This document shows, in pieces, positions 33,756 through 43,164 of a stretch of 64,000 nucleotides of DNA. The translations under genes were made by a program, and so were the position numbers. Position 1 is the first letter of the stretch; each line of letters opens with the position of its first letter. Below the pieces are notes generated by a model. It was not told where the DNA came from, did no database searches, and saw only the letters and a list, made by a program, of their open reading frames with translations. The DNA comes from Hyphomicrobiales bacterium (GTDB taxonomy: Bacteria; Pseudomonadota; Alphaproteobacteria; Rhizobiales; Beijerinckiaceae), in contig JAGXAN010000007.1 in NCBI GenBank assembly GCA_019075865.1, positions 68,237 through 132,236 of the forward strand, given 5' to 3'.

Positions 33756-35141
33756 TTATTGGGTTGCCAGCCAATTCTGCAGGTCGATTTCGGCGCGGGC
33801 ACTCAAGGCGCGCTTGCGGGCAATGCCTTTTTCGGGGCCGCGCAGTTTTTTGCCGTCCGGTGCCGTCTCGGTCTGGGCAATGGGTGGAAACAGGCCAAAA
33901 TTGACGTTCATCGGCTGAAAGGAGCTTGGCCCGGCATCGATCGTGTCAATGTGCCCGCCGGTGATATGGTTCAGCAAGGCGCCGATGGCGGTTGTTTCGG
34001 GCGGGATGGAGACCGGTTTACCGAGGCGCTCGCGCGCCGCAATCCGGCCCATGACGAGGCCGACGGCGGCGCTTTCCACATAACCTTCGCAGCCGGTGAT
34101 CTGGCCAGCGAATCGCATACGTGTGTCGGCCTTGAGGCGCAGGGTTGGATCAAGAACCCGGGGCGAATTGAGAAACGTGTTGCGATGCAGGCCGCCGAGG
34201 CGGGCGAATTCCGCGTTTTCCAGCCCGGGAATCATGCGCAGCACGTCGCCTTGTGCACCATATTTCAGCTTGGTCTGAAATCCGACAATATTGTAAAGCG
34301 TGCCCAAGGCATTGTCTTGGCGCAATTGCACCACGGCGTAAGGCTTTTGCGTGGGCTGGTGGGGGTTGGTTAGACCCACGGGCTTCATGGGGCCGTGGCG
34401 CAAGGTTTCGCGACCGCGCGATGCCATTATTTCGACTGGCAGGCAGCCATCAAAATAGGGGGTCGATTCGAATTCCTTGAAAGGTGTGGTTTCGCCAGAC
34501 AGAAGCGCGTCAACAAAAGCTTCATATTGGGCCTTGTCGAGCGGACAGTTGATGTAATCGGCACCGTTGCCGCCGGGGCCCACTTTGTCATAACGTGATT
34601 GGAACCAGGCCTTGTCCATATTGATGCTTTCCCGATAGACAATCGGGGCTATGGCATCAAAAAAGGCCAGTGCGCCTTCGCCGCTGAGGGCATGAATGGC
34701 TTCTGCCAGGCTCGGTGACGTCAAGGGGCCAGTGGCAATGATGACATTGTCCCAATCGGCCGGGGGCAGACCGGCGACTTCATCGCGCACCAGAGTGATG
34801 AGCGGATGCGCGGCGATCGCTGCGCTTACGGCTTGCGAGAATCCGTCGCGGTCTACCGCCAGTGCGCCACCCGCTGGCACCTGATGGGAATCTGCGGATT
34901 TCAGAATCAGCGAGTCCATCTGCCGCATTTCGCGATGCAGCACACCAATGGCATTCGTGGCGGCATCGTCCGAGCGAAAGGAATTGGAGCATACGAGCTC
35001 GGCGAGGGCGTCGGTTTTATGGGCTTGCGTGCCCCGAACGGGTCGCATTTCATGCAAAATGGCGGGCACGCCCAAATTGGCCACTTGCCAGGCCGCTTCC
35101 GAACCTGCAAGCCCGCCGCCGATGATGTGGATTGGTTTCAT
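33756..35141 (-). CDS. trmFO: Methylenetetrahydrofolate--tRNA-(uracil54-C5)-methyltransferase TrmFO
   Basis: FAD fingerprint [14 protein letters not shown], then ...[11 protein letters not shown]... I chose ATG 35141 over the track's 35198. Confidence 0.93.
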   Translation of the reverse strand: MKPIHIIGGGLAGSEAAWQVANLGVPAILHEMRPVRGTQAHKTDALAELVCSNSFRSDDAATNAIGVLHREMRQMDSLILKSADSHQVPAGGALAVDRDGFSQAVSAAIAAHPLITLVRDEVAGLPPADWDNVIIATGPLTSPSLAEAIHALSGEGALAFFDAIAPIVYRESINMDKAWFQSRYDKVGPGGNGADYINCPLDKAQYEAFVDALLSGETTPFKEFESTPYFDGCLPVEIMASRGRETLRHGPMKPVGLTNPHQPTQKPYAVVQLRQDNALGTLYNIVGFQTKLKYGAQGDVLRMIPGLENAEFARLGGLHRNTFLNSPRVLDPTLRLKADTRMRFAGQITGCEGYVESAAVGLVMGRIAARERLGKPVSIPPETTAIGALLNHITGGHIDTIDAGPSSFQPMNVNFGLFPPIAQTETAPDGKKLRGPEKGIARKRALSARAEIDLQNWLATQ

Positions 35142-35197
35142 GCCACATCTCTTGTGCAAGAGAAGGCCAAGCGTCAAGGGGCTTGGTGCACAAGACA

Positions 35198-35239
35198 TAA
35201 AAAACGCCCGCTGGCGGGAGGAACCCAGCGGGCGTTTTT
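35198..35239 (-). terminator. Rho-independent (bidirectional) terminator of the DUF1127 gene with a CCUCCC loop
   Basis: The minus-strand RNA reads ACGCCCGCUGG-GUUCCUCCCG-CCAGCGGGCGU followed by UUUUU. The stem is 11 bp. It lies 42 nt after the DUF1127 stop. Confidence 0.8.
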
Positions 35240-35280
35240 TCGCGCTGGCCGCATGGGGCCGCGCAATCCGTGAGGGCTAA

Positions 35281-35436
35281 TTAAGCCTTGGAGCTCTGCC
35301 TGGCAACGAAAGCGATGTCGCTGCGGCCAATGCCCAAATCGTGAAGTTCGCGGTCGGTGAGGCGGGAAAGCTCACGCACCGATGTGCGATACTGGCGCCA
35401 CTTCTGAACCTTGGTAGCAATCGATTGAATGTTCAT
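35281..35436 (-). CDS. DUF1127 domain-containing small protein
   Basis: 51 aa from ATG 35436, preceded by AAGGAGAG. The C-terminal part (R..R.L..L.DRELHDLGI.R.DI) is the DUF1127 signature. Confidence 0.8.
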   Translation of the reverse strand: MNIQSIATKVQKWRQYRTSVRELSRLTDRELHDLGIGRSDIAFVARQSSKA

Positions 35437-35695
35437 TTTACTCTCCTTAAATAAGTGGCTCAAAGTCGGGATGACCGAACCACGTCCGTATTCGATGAAC
35501 AGAATATATTATTGTGCAGTGCAAAAGAAAAGCGTTAAGGCGAAGGGTCTGCCATGCATAAAACGCGCAGCTAGATAAGGTTTCATTCATAATTCAGACT
35601 TTTTTGTGAATTTTTAGGAACAATAATACAGTTTGTTCGAGAATTATCACAAATAATGCATAGCTGCAGTGCGAAATGAACCTCGGGTGAATGCA

Positions 35696-37819
35696 CTAGC
35701 CGGCACGCAACAGGCGCACGGCCTCGTTGCGTTCGAAAAGATAGAGCAGGGCACGGAGCGCCTGGCCACGGGCGCTGGCAAGATCGGCGTCGCGCGCAAG
35801 AACCAGTTTGGCGTCATCGCGGGCGATGGGCAGCAATGGCGCGTGCACGGTCAGATCCGCGAGCCGATAGGCTGGCAGGCCGGATTGGCGCGTGCCAAGA
35901 ATCTCGCCCTCGCCGCGCAGGCGCAGATCCATTTCCGCAATTTCAAAGCCGTCCTCCGTGTCGCGCATGATCTGAAGGCGCTGGCGCGCGGCCTCGCCCA
36001 GCGGTCCGCGATACAGCAATATGCAAGAAGACTGGGCGGCACCGCGCCCGACCCGCCCGCGCAACTGGTGGAGCTGCGCGAGGCCAAAACGCTCGGCGTG
36101 CTCGATCACCATGATCGACGCCTCTGGCACATCGACGCCCACTTCCACGACGATGGTTGCCACCAGAATTTGCGTGACACCGGCGGAGAATGCTTCCATC
36201 GCGGCTTCCTTGTCGCGTGAATGCATCTGGCCGTGAATGATCCCGACTTTGTCCCCATAATATTGCTTCAAATCCTCAAAGCGGGCGGTGGCAGCGGCGA
36301 GGTCCAGGTCTTCGTTCTCGTCAACAAGCGGGCATATCCAATAGGCGCGCTGCCCTGTTTGCAGGGCACGGCCAAGACCGGCGACCACGTCGCCTATGCG
36401 CTCGGACGGGATGGTGCGGGTGACGATGGGGCTGCGCCCTGGCGGCTTCTCATCCAGCACGGAGACTTCCATGTCGCCGAAATGGGTCAGCACCAATGAG
36501 CGCGGGATTGGGGTGGCTGTCATTACCAGCACGTCCACGGCATCGCCCTTGGCACCCAGCGCCAGACGCTGCTGCACGCCAAAACGATGCTGTTCATCGA
36601 CGATCACAAGGCCAAGATTGGCAAAAGCCACCGATTCTTGAAACAGGGCATGGGTGCCAAGCAATATGTCGATCTGGCCGGCGGCCAGTTGCTCCAGCGT
36701 GCGCTGGCGCTCGGCCGGTTTGTCGCGCCCGGTCATGCAGGCAAGGCGAATCCCCACAGACGTGCAAAGGTCGAGGAGGCGGGCGTAATGTTGGCGGGCG
36801 AGGATTTCGGTCGGGGCCATCATCGCCGCCTGCCGTCCGCCTTCCACCGCATGCGCCATGGCCAGCAGCGCGACCAGGGTCTTGCCCGAGCCAACATCGC
36901 CCTGAAGCAGGCGCAACATGCGGTGATCGCTGGCCATATCGCCGATGATTTCGGAAAGCGCGCGGGTCTGCGCGTTGGTGGGTCGATAGGCGAGTGCCTT
37001 GATGATTTGGTCCGCCAGACGCCCGGCGCTTTTCAGGGCATGGCCTGCGGGCTTGCGCCGGTGGGCACGCACCATGAGCAGGGCGAGTTGCTGGCTAAGC
37101 AGTTCGTCATAGGCGAGGCGGGTGCGCCCGACCCCTTCCAGCGCGATATCGCCGGGGTCTTGCGGTCGGTGCACGGCCTCAAGGGCAGTGTTGAAATCGG
37201 GCCATTTGCGCTGGCGCAAAAAGGCACTGTCGAGCCATTCCGGTATCTGCCCGGGCAGCCGCGCCAGAGCGCCGGTGGTTGCCTGAAGCATGATGCGCGC
37301 GGGTAAGCCTTCGGTCAGGCCATAGACCGGCTCCAGCAGCGGCATTTTGGCAAAGGCGGCCTCATCCAGCACTTTGTCCGGGTGAACGATCTGGCGGTGG
37401 CCGTCCCATAATTCCAGTTTGCCCGAGACGTAGCGCTTTTCGCCGACCGGCAGCATTCGCTCGATCCAATCGTGATTGGCGAGAAAAAATACGAGCAGGC
37501 AATCCCCGGTTTCGTCTTCGACCAGCACCTTGTAGGGCGCACGCGAGCGCGGCGGGGGTGGTTGCAATTCCACGATTTGCACATGCAATGTCACGACGGT
37601 GCCAGCGACGGCATCCACGATCTTTGGGCGAGACCGGCGATCGGTCAGGCCAGCGGGCACATGCAAGAGCACGTCGATTATGCGGGCTTTGGCCGGTGGC
37701 GCTGCCAGCAGGCGGTCCAGCGCCAAAGCCATTTTGGGCCCAATGCCCTGAAGGCGCGAGGCATCTGCAAACAGGGGATCAAGAAGTGCCGGGCGCATTG
37801 CAAACCATATACGGGTCAA
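35696..37819 (-). CDS. recG: ATP-dependent DNA helicase RecG
   Basis: 707 aa with a wedge/OB N-terminal part, Walker A GDVGSGKT, DEQH box and helicase C motifs (QLHQLRGRVGRG). Confidence 0.95.
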   Translation of the reverse strand: MTRIWFAMRPALLDPLFADASRLQGIGPKMALALDRLLAAPPAKARIIDVLLHVPAGLTDRRSRPKIVDAVAGTVVTLHVQIVELQPPPPRSRAPYKVLVEDETGDCLLVFFLANHDWIERMLPVGEKRYVSGKLELWDGHRQIVHPDKVLDEAAFAKMPLLEPVYGLTEGLPARIMLQATTGALARLPGQIPEWLDSAFLRQRKWPDFNTALEAVHRPQDPGDIALEGVGRTRLAYDELLSQQLALLMVRAHRRKPAGHALKSAGRLADQIIKALAYRPTNAQTRALSEIIGDMASDHRMLRLLQGDVGSGKTLVALLAMAHAVEGGRQAAMMAPTEILARQHYARLLDLCTSVGIRLACMTGRDKPAERQRTLEQLAAGQIDILLGTHALFQESVAFANLGLVIVDEQHRFGVQQRLALGAKGDAVDVLVMTATPIPRSLVLTHFGDMEVSVLDEKPPGRSPIVTRTIPSERIGDVVAGLGRALQTGQRAYWICPLVDENEDLDLAAATARFEDLKQYYGDKVGIIHGQMHSRDKEAAMEAFSAGVTQILVATIVVEVGVDVPEASIMVIEHAERFGLAQLHQLRGRVGRGAAQSSCILLYRGPLGEAARQRLQIMRDTEDGFEIAEMDLRLRGEGEILGTRQSGLPAYRLADLTVHAPLLPIARDDAKLVLARDADLASARGQALRALLYLFERNEAVRLLRAG

Positions 37820-37882
37820 CCCATCGAAGGAGATTGCCCGAATGTGGCAGCATTGCTCGGCCTACACAACCGCGCTCTGCAC

Positions 37883-39100
37883 TCAGCCTTTGGCCTTCAA
37901 CTGCACAATGTTGTGCAACTGGCCGTCCGCATTGTCGAAAAAGCGGCGGATGCCGCGTGCGGCCTGGCGGATGCGCTGCTCGTTTTCCACAAGTGCGAGA
38001 CGAACGAAATCGTCGCCATGTTCGCCAAAGCCAATGCCGGGTGCCACGGCCACGTCGGCTTTTTCGATCAGCAGCTTGGAAAATTCCAGTGAGCCGAGAT
38101 GGCGGAATTTTTCCGGAATAGGCACCCATGCGAACATGGAGGCGACCGGCGCAGGTATGACCCAACCGGCCTGTGCAAAGCTTTCCACCATGACGTCGCG
38201 GCGGGTCTTGTAAATTGAACGCATCTCATTGATGCAATCTTCCGGGCCATTGAGCGCGGCGGTTGCGGCGACCTGAATGGGTGTGAAAGCGCCATAATCG
38301 AGGTAGCTTTTGACGCGCGTGAGCGCTGCCAGCAAACGCTCGTTGCCCACAGCAAAGCCCATGCGCCAACCAGCCATGGAGAAGGTCTTGGACATGGAGG
38401 TAAATTCGGCGGTCACGTCCATCGCACCCGGGGCCTGTAAAACCGAAGGCGGCGGATTGCCATCAAAGTAAACTTCCGAATAGGCCAGATCCGACAGGAT
38501 GAAAATCTCATGCTTTTTAGCAAAGGCAACCAGATCCTTGTAGAAATCCAGGCTGGCGACCTGCGCGGTCGGGTTCGAGGGATAGCACACCACCACCGCG
38601 ATCGGCTTGGGAATGGAATGCAGCACCGCGCGCTCCAGCGCATGAAAGAACTGGGCATTGGGCTCGGCCGGAACCGAGCGGATTACACCACCCGCCATAA
38701 GGAAGCCAAAGGCGTGAATGGGGTAGGAGGGATTGGGCACGATGACGACATCACCGGGGCCGGTGATGGCTTGCGCCATATTGGCAAAGCCCTCCTTGGA
38801 GCCAAGCGTGGCGACAACCTGCGTGTCGGGGTTCAGTTTGACGCCAAAGCGGCGGGCATAATAATTGGCTTGCGCGCGGCGCAGGCCGGGAATGCCCTTG
38901 GAGGCCGAATAGCGATCCGTGCGGGGTTTGCCGACGGTTTCCATCATCTTCTCGATCACGTGGCGCGGTGCTGGCAAATCCGGATTGCCCATGCCAAGAT
39001 CAACGATATCGGCACCCGCGGCGCGCGCCTTGGCTTTCAAGCGGTTGACCTGCTCGAAAACATAAGGGGGTAGGCGGCGCACACGGTGGAACTCGTTCAT
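37883..39100 (-). CDS. PLP-dependent aminotransferase, class I/II (AlaC / LL-DAP aminotransferase-like)
   Basis: 405 aa with LGMGNPD, the PLP-lysine motif SMSKTFSMAGWRMGF and NPTA. Substrate is not assignable from sequence alone. Confidence 0.85.
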   Translation of the reverse strand: MNEFHRVRRLPPYVFEQVNRLKAKARAAGADIVDLGMGNPDLPAPRHVIEKMMETVGKPRTDRYSASKGIPGLRRAQANYYARRFGVKLNPDTQVVATLGSKEGFANMAQAITGPGDVVIVPNPSYPIHAFGFLMAGGVIRSVPAEPNAQFFHALERAVLHSIPKPIAVVVCYPSNPTAQVASLDFYKDLVAFAKKHEIFILSDLAYSEVYFDGNPPPSVLQAPGAMDVTAEFTSMSKTFSMAGWRMGFAVGNERLLAALTRVKSYLDYGAFTPIQVAATAALNGPEDCINEMRSIYKTRRDVMVESFAQAGWVIPAPVASMFAWVPIPEKFRHLGSLEFSKLLIEKADVAVAPGIGFGEHGDDFVRLALVENEQRIRQAARGIRRFFDNADGQLHNIVQLKAKG

Positions 39101-39194
39101 TTCGTCATCTCCAAATCAGGTATTAACTTAAACCTACGACATCCCAACGTCCAGTTAAGATGCAGGTTGGTGCAAATCTCGGGCAAAATCCCGG

Positions 39195-39539
39195 TTATTG
39201 CGGTGGAATTGGCTTTTTGGGCTTCTTTTTCCCGACTTCGGCCTTGCGGGTGGCGTCGAGTTGGCTGGTTTGCGCGGCCACCTGATCTTGCGTCAGCAGC
39301 GTCGAATGCGGCTCGGGCGGCAGGTCCTGCAGCGGAATGTAATCCGCCGGTTGCTGGGGACGCGCGCTTGTCACGAAAGGCGCCGGGGTTGGCTCATCGG
39401 TGGCAAAATTGAAGTTCTTCAAGGTCGATTTCAGCGGACTGTCGGCATTGGCCGTCTGATCGCTGGTGGCGCAGCCAAAAAGGCTGAACAAAACAACCAC
39501 GCCCGCCGCCATTTGCGCTAAACGCAATGTGCTGGACAT
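39195..39539 (-). CDS. Hypothetical lipoprotein
   Basis: 114 aa from ATG 39539, with signal peptide and lipobox LFSLFGC|ATS. The mature part is Pro/Gln-rich with a KKKPKKP tail. No family recognised. Confidence 0.55.
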   Translation of the reverse strand: MSSTLRLAQMAAGVVVLFSLFGCATSDQTANADSPLKSTLKNFNFATDEPTPAPFVTSARPQQPADYIPLQDLPPEPHSTLLTQDQVAAQTSQLDATRKAEVGKKKPKKPIPPQ

Positions 39540-39759
39540 GGCATGATGGTGGGCAAGAGGGGCAGGCATCCGAATTCCAACTTTCCGACAAGGTTCTTAC
39601 GAATTTTACAAAAAGCGTCTAGGCATGTGAAAGTAGACTTTTTATTTGAAGCAATCTTTCTACAGCCATATTATGTTGCAAAGGCGGCGTCGAGACCGCA
39701 TTTGATCTGGCAATAGCTTATTTGTGCCAAAGCTGGACGGACAATTTCGAGGAAACGTC

Positions 39760-41745
39760 ATGAAATTTGTTGATGCAGCGAAAACTGGCCCTCAAATGGC
39801 TCCGGTTTCCAAAGCCAAAGGTGCAGCAAAAGCACCCCGGAGCCGCGCCAAAAGCCAGAAGAATGGTTCACAAGCCGCCTTGAAGGCGAGCGAACCGGCG
39901 ACAAAGCCCGATATTGCGCCGCACGCGAAGCCCGTTGTGATACCCTCGCCTCAAGTGACGCCGGTCGAAGAAAGTCCCGGGCTGGATTTTGATATGCTTT
40001 CCCGCAATGTGGCGCGCTACATTGACAGCGGCAGCAAGGTGGCGGCGGCCTATCTGCGGCCGATAGAAAACAAAGGCGTGAATGGCGGCGTCGCGGACTC
40101 GGCGGCCGATGCCGTGCGCACATTGGGTCATGTGGCTGAATATTGGATGGCCGACCCCGCCCGCACCGCCGAGGCGCAAACGCGCCTTGCTTCGGATTTT
40201 CTGCAATTATGGTCGAACACCTTGCGGCGGATGTCCGGCGAGGAAGTGCAACCGGTGGCCGCGACAGAGGCGGCGGACAAGCGCTTTGCCGATCCCAAAT
40301 GGCGGGAAAGCCCGATTTATGATTTTGTTGCGCAAGCCTACATGATCACCACCCGCTGGGCGCAGGAGATGGTGCGCGAGGCCGATGTTGATAATGCGAC
40401 ACGTGACAAGGCCCAGTTTTTCGTGCGCCAGATCGCGGGTGCCGTGTCGCCATCCAATTTCGTGGCCACCAATCCTGTGCTGCTGGAGCAGACGCTGGCG
40501 GAAAACGGCGAAAACCTGATCCGGGGCATGAATATGCTGGCGCAGGATGTTGAGGCGGGCGAGGGCGAAGTGAAATTGCGCCAGAGCGATAACACCGCAT
40601 TCGAATTGGGCGTCAATCTGGCCACCACGCCAGGCAAGGTGGTTTTCCGCAACGATTTGATCGAGCTTTTGCAATATGAGCCGAGCACGGAAAAGGTGCT
40701 CAAGCGGCCGTTGCTGATCGTGCCGCCCTGGATCAACAAATTTTACATTCTGGATCTCAATGCTGAAAAAAGCTTCATACGCTGGGCGGTGTCGCAGGGT
40801 ATCACCGTGTTTGTCATTTCCTGGGTCAATCCGGATTCGCGCCATGCTGCCAAGAGCTTTTCGCATTACATGCATGAGGGCATTTTTGCGGCCTGCAAGG
40901 TGATTGAGGAGGCCACCGGGGAGCCCGATGTCAATGCCATTGGCTATTGCGTCGGTGGCACCTTGCTGGCGGTGGCCTTGGCATGGCAGGCCGCGCAGAC
41001 AAAGCCCGGCCCGCTTGCGAGCGCCACTTTTCTGACCACGCAAGTGGATTTCACCGATCCGGGCGATCTCAAAGTATTTTCCGACGAAGCGCAGATCGCT
41101 GAAACCGAAGCGGAAATGGCAAAGAAAGGCTATCTGGATGGCTCCAAAATGGCCAATGCCTTCAACATGCTGCGCCCGAATGACCTGATCTGGAGCTATG
41201 TCGTCAACAATTACCTCAAGGGACAGGCGCCCAAGCCGTTTGACCTGCTGACGTGGAACTCAGATTCCACTCGAATGACGGCCGCCAATCATTCGTTTTA
41301 TTTACGAAATTGCTATTTGGAGAACAATCTCTCCAGAGGCCGCATGGTGGTGGATGGGGTCAAGCTCAATCTGAAAAAGGTGATGACGCCGGTTTACAAT
41401 CTGGCGGCGCGGGAGGACCATATTGCGCCGGCTGCCTCGGTGTTTCGCGGCGCGCAGTTCTTCGGCGGCCCGATGCGCTATGTGCTGGCGGGTTCCGGGC
41501 ATATCGCCGGGGTCGTCAACCCGCCCAAGTTTCAGAAATATCAATATTGGCTGGGGGATGCACCCTCTGGTGCCTTCGCGGGCTGGCTGGAGAAAGCAGT
41601 CGAACACAAGGGAAGCTGGTGGCTTGACTGGATCGACTGGCTGCGTCAGCAAGCGCCTGCGGAAGTCGCAGCCCGTCCCGTCGGCGGCGGCAAGGTGAAG
41701 CCGATTTGCGATGCTCCCGGCACTTATGTGCGCATCAAGTCGTGA
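39760..41745 (+). CDS. phaC: Class I poly(3-hydroxyalkanoate) synthase
   Basis: PhaC N-domain (FADPKWRE..IYDF..QAY), lipase-box G-x-C-x-G (GYCVGG) and alpha/beta-hydrolase core. I chose ATG 39760, which follows GAGGA. The protein is 661 aa with a basic low-complexity N-terminal extension. Confidence 0.9.
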   Translation: MKFVDAAKTGPQMAPVSKAKGAAKAPRSRAKSQKNGSQAALKASEPATKPDIAPHAKPVVIPSPQVTPVEESPGLDFDMLSRNVARYIDSGSKVAAAYLRPIENKGVNGGVADSAADAVRTLGHVAEYWMADPARTAEAQTRLASDFLQLWSNTLRRMSGEEVQPVAATEAADKRFADPKWRESPIYDFVAQAYMITTRWAQEMVREADVDNATRDKAQFFVRQIAGAVSPSNFVATNPVLLEQTLAENGENLIRGMNMLAQDVEAGEGEVKLRQSDNTAFELGVNLATTPGKVVFRNDLIELLQYEPSTEKVLKRPLLIVPPWINKFYILDLNAEKSFIRWAVSQGITVFVISWVNPDSRHAAKSFSHYMHEGIFAACKVIEEATGEPDVNAIGYCVGGTLLAVALAWQAAQTKPGPLASATFLTTQVDFTDPGDLKVFSDEAQIAETEAEMAKKGYLDGSKMANAFNMLRPNDLIWSYVVNNYLKGQAPKPFDLLTWNSDSTRMTAANHSFYLRNCYLENNLSRGRMVVDGVKLNLKKVMTPVYNLAAREDHIAPAASVFRGAQFFGGPMRYVLAGSGHIAGVVNPPKFQKYQYWLGDAPSGAFAGWLEKAVEHKGSWWLDWIDWLRQQAPAEVAARPVGGGKVKPICDAPGTYVRIKS

Positions 41746-41760
41746 ACAGAAAGTCCCCAC

Positions 41761-43164
41761 ATGTCCAGAACCCATGAATATATCGATTTGACCCGGACTT
41801 CGGCCCTGCAAATGGGCATGTTGCTGGCGCGGGGTGAGGTAACATCGACGCAGATTGTCGAATCGGTGTTTGCAGCAATTGATGCGGCCAGCGATCAGGC
41901 CGTGTTCATCCAGTTGACGCGGGCGCGGGCGCTGGCGGAAGCGCGCGAGAGCGATCAATTATTGTCCGAGGGGCGGCCGCGCAGCGCGCTCGAAGGTGTG
42001 CCCATCGCCTACAAGGCGCTGATTGACCTGAAAGGGGAGATCACCAGTGCTGCCTCGAAAGTGATACTCGCCGAGGGCGTGCGGGCGGATCGCGATGCCG
42101 GAATTGTCGAGAGCCTGCGCCGCGCTGGCATGGTGACCATCGGCCATCTCAACATGACCGAATTTGCGTTTTCCGCTTTGGGTCTCAACCCGCATTTTGG
42201 TACGCCGCACAATCCGTGCGCGAAGGATGAGCCGCGCGCGCCGGGTGGATCGTCATCGGGGTCAGCGGTGGCAGTGGCGCTGGGCCTGGTGCCGGTGGCC
42301 ATTGGCTCGGATACGGGCGGCTCCATTCGGGTGCCGGCGGCTTTCAACGGCATTTTGGGCTACAAGCCCTCTTTCGGCAGCTTTGATATGGACGGCATCT
42401 TCCCGCTCGCGCCCAGCCTCGACACTTTGGGGATATTTGCGCGCACACTGGCTGATATCGAGGTGGTGAACGCGCTGATGGTGGGGGATTATTACGATTT
42501 TCCGAGCGCCGTTGCTATGCCCGAGTTGCGGATCATCGTGCCAACCAATGTGGTGCTGGACGGGGTGGAACCGGCGATCATGGCCCGCTTCGATGAAGCT
42601 CTGGCCCGCCTTGCGGCCCGTGGGGCGCGGATCGAACGCCGACACATACCGCAATTGGACGAATTGAACGCGCTGGTGGCCAAGCATGGCCAGATCAGCA
42701 ATGCCGAAGCCTATGCCTACCACAAGCAGCGGCTGGAGGCTTCGGCGCCGGGGGCCATCGACCGGCGGGTAGCCAAGCGCATATTGTCGGTCAAAACCAT
42801 GCTGGCGGTCGACTATTGTGCCGTTCAGGCCGGACGCGAAGCATTGTCCCGCGCATGCACCGAGCAATTTGGCGCACACAGCCTGCTCGCCATGCCCGCA
42901 ACGCCGTTTGTTGCACCGCCGATCGCCGCGCTCGAAGCCGATGACGATTATTTTGCTGACATCAACATGAAAACCGGCAGAAATGCGCGTATTGGCAATA
43001 TGCTGGATTGGCCGGGCCTGTCGATTCCAATGGGCTTGGCCGCGCATGACATGCCGGCGGGCTTTCTGCTTTGCGGCATGCCGGGGCAGGATAGTGCGCT
43101 GCTGGCTGCGGCGCATCTCTTGGAGGGCGATATCCGGCCTGCCAAAGGTGGGGCGGTGGCATGA
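41761..43164 (+). CDS. Amidase-signature (AS) family amidase
   Basis: 467 aa with the AS motif GGSSSGSAVAVALG and upstream K...S catalytic context. It starts 15 nt after the phaC stop. Confidence 0.88.
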   Translation: MSRTHEYIDLTRTSALQMGMLLARGEVTSTQIVESVFAAIDAASDQAVFIQLTRARALAEARESDQLLSEGRPRSALEGVPIAYKALIDLKGEITSAASKVILAEGVRADRDAGIVESLRRAGMVTIGHLNMTEFAFSALGLNPHFGTPHNPCAKDEPRAPGGSSSGSAVAVALGLVPVAIGSDTGGSIRVPAAFNGILGYKPSFGSFDMDGIFPLAPSLDTLGIFARTLADIEVVNALMVGDYYDFPSAVAMPELRIIVPTNVVLDGVEPAIMARFDEALARLAARGARIERRHIPQLDELNALVAKHGQISNAEAYAYHKQRLEASAPGAIDRRVAKRILSVKTMLAVDYCAVQAGREALSRACTEQFGAHSLLAMPATPFVAPPIAALEADDDYFADINMKTGRNARIGNMLDWPGLSIPMGLAAHDMPAGFLLCGMPGQDSALLAAAHLLEGDIRPAKGGAVA

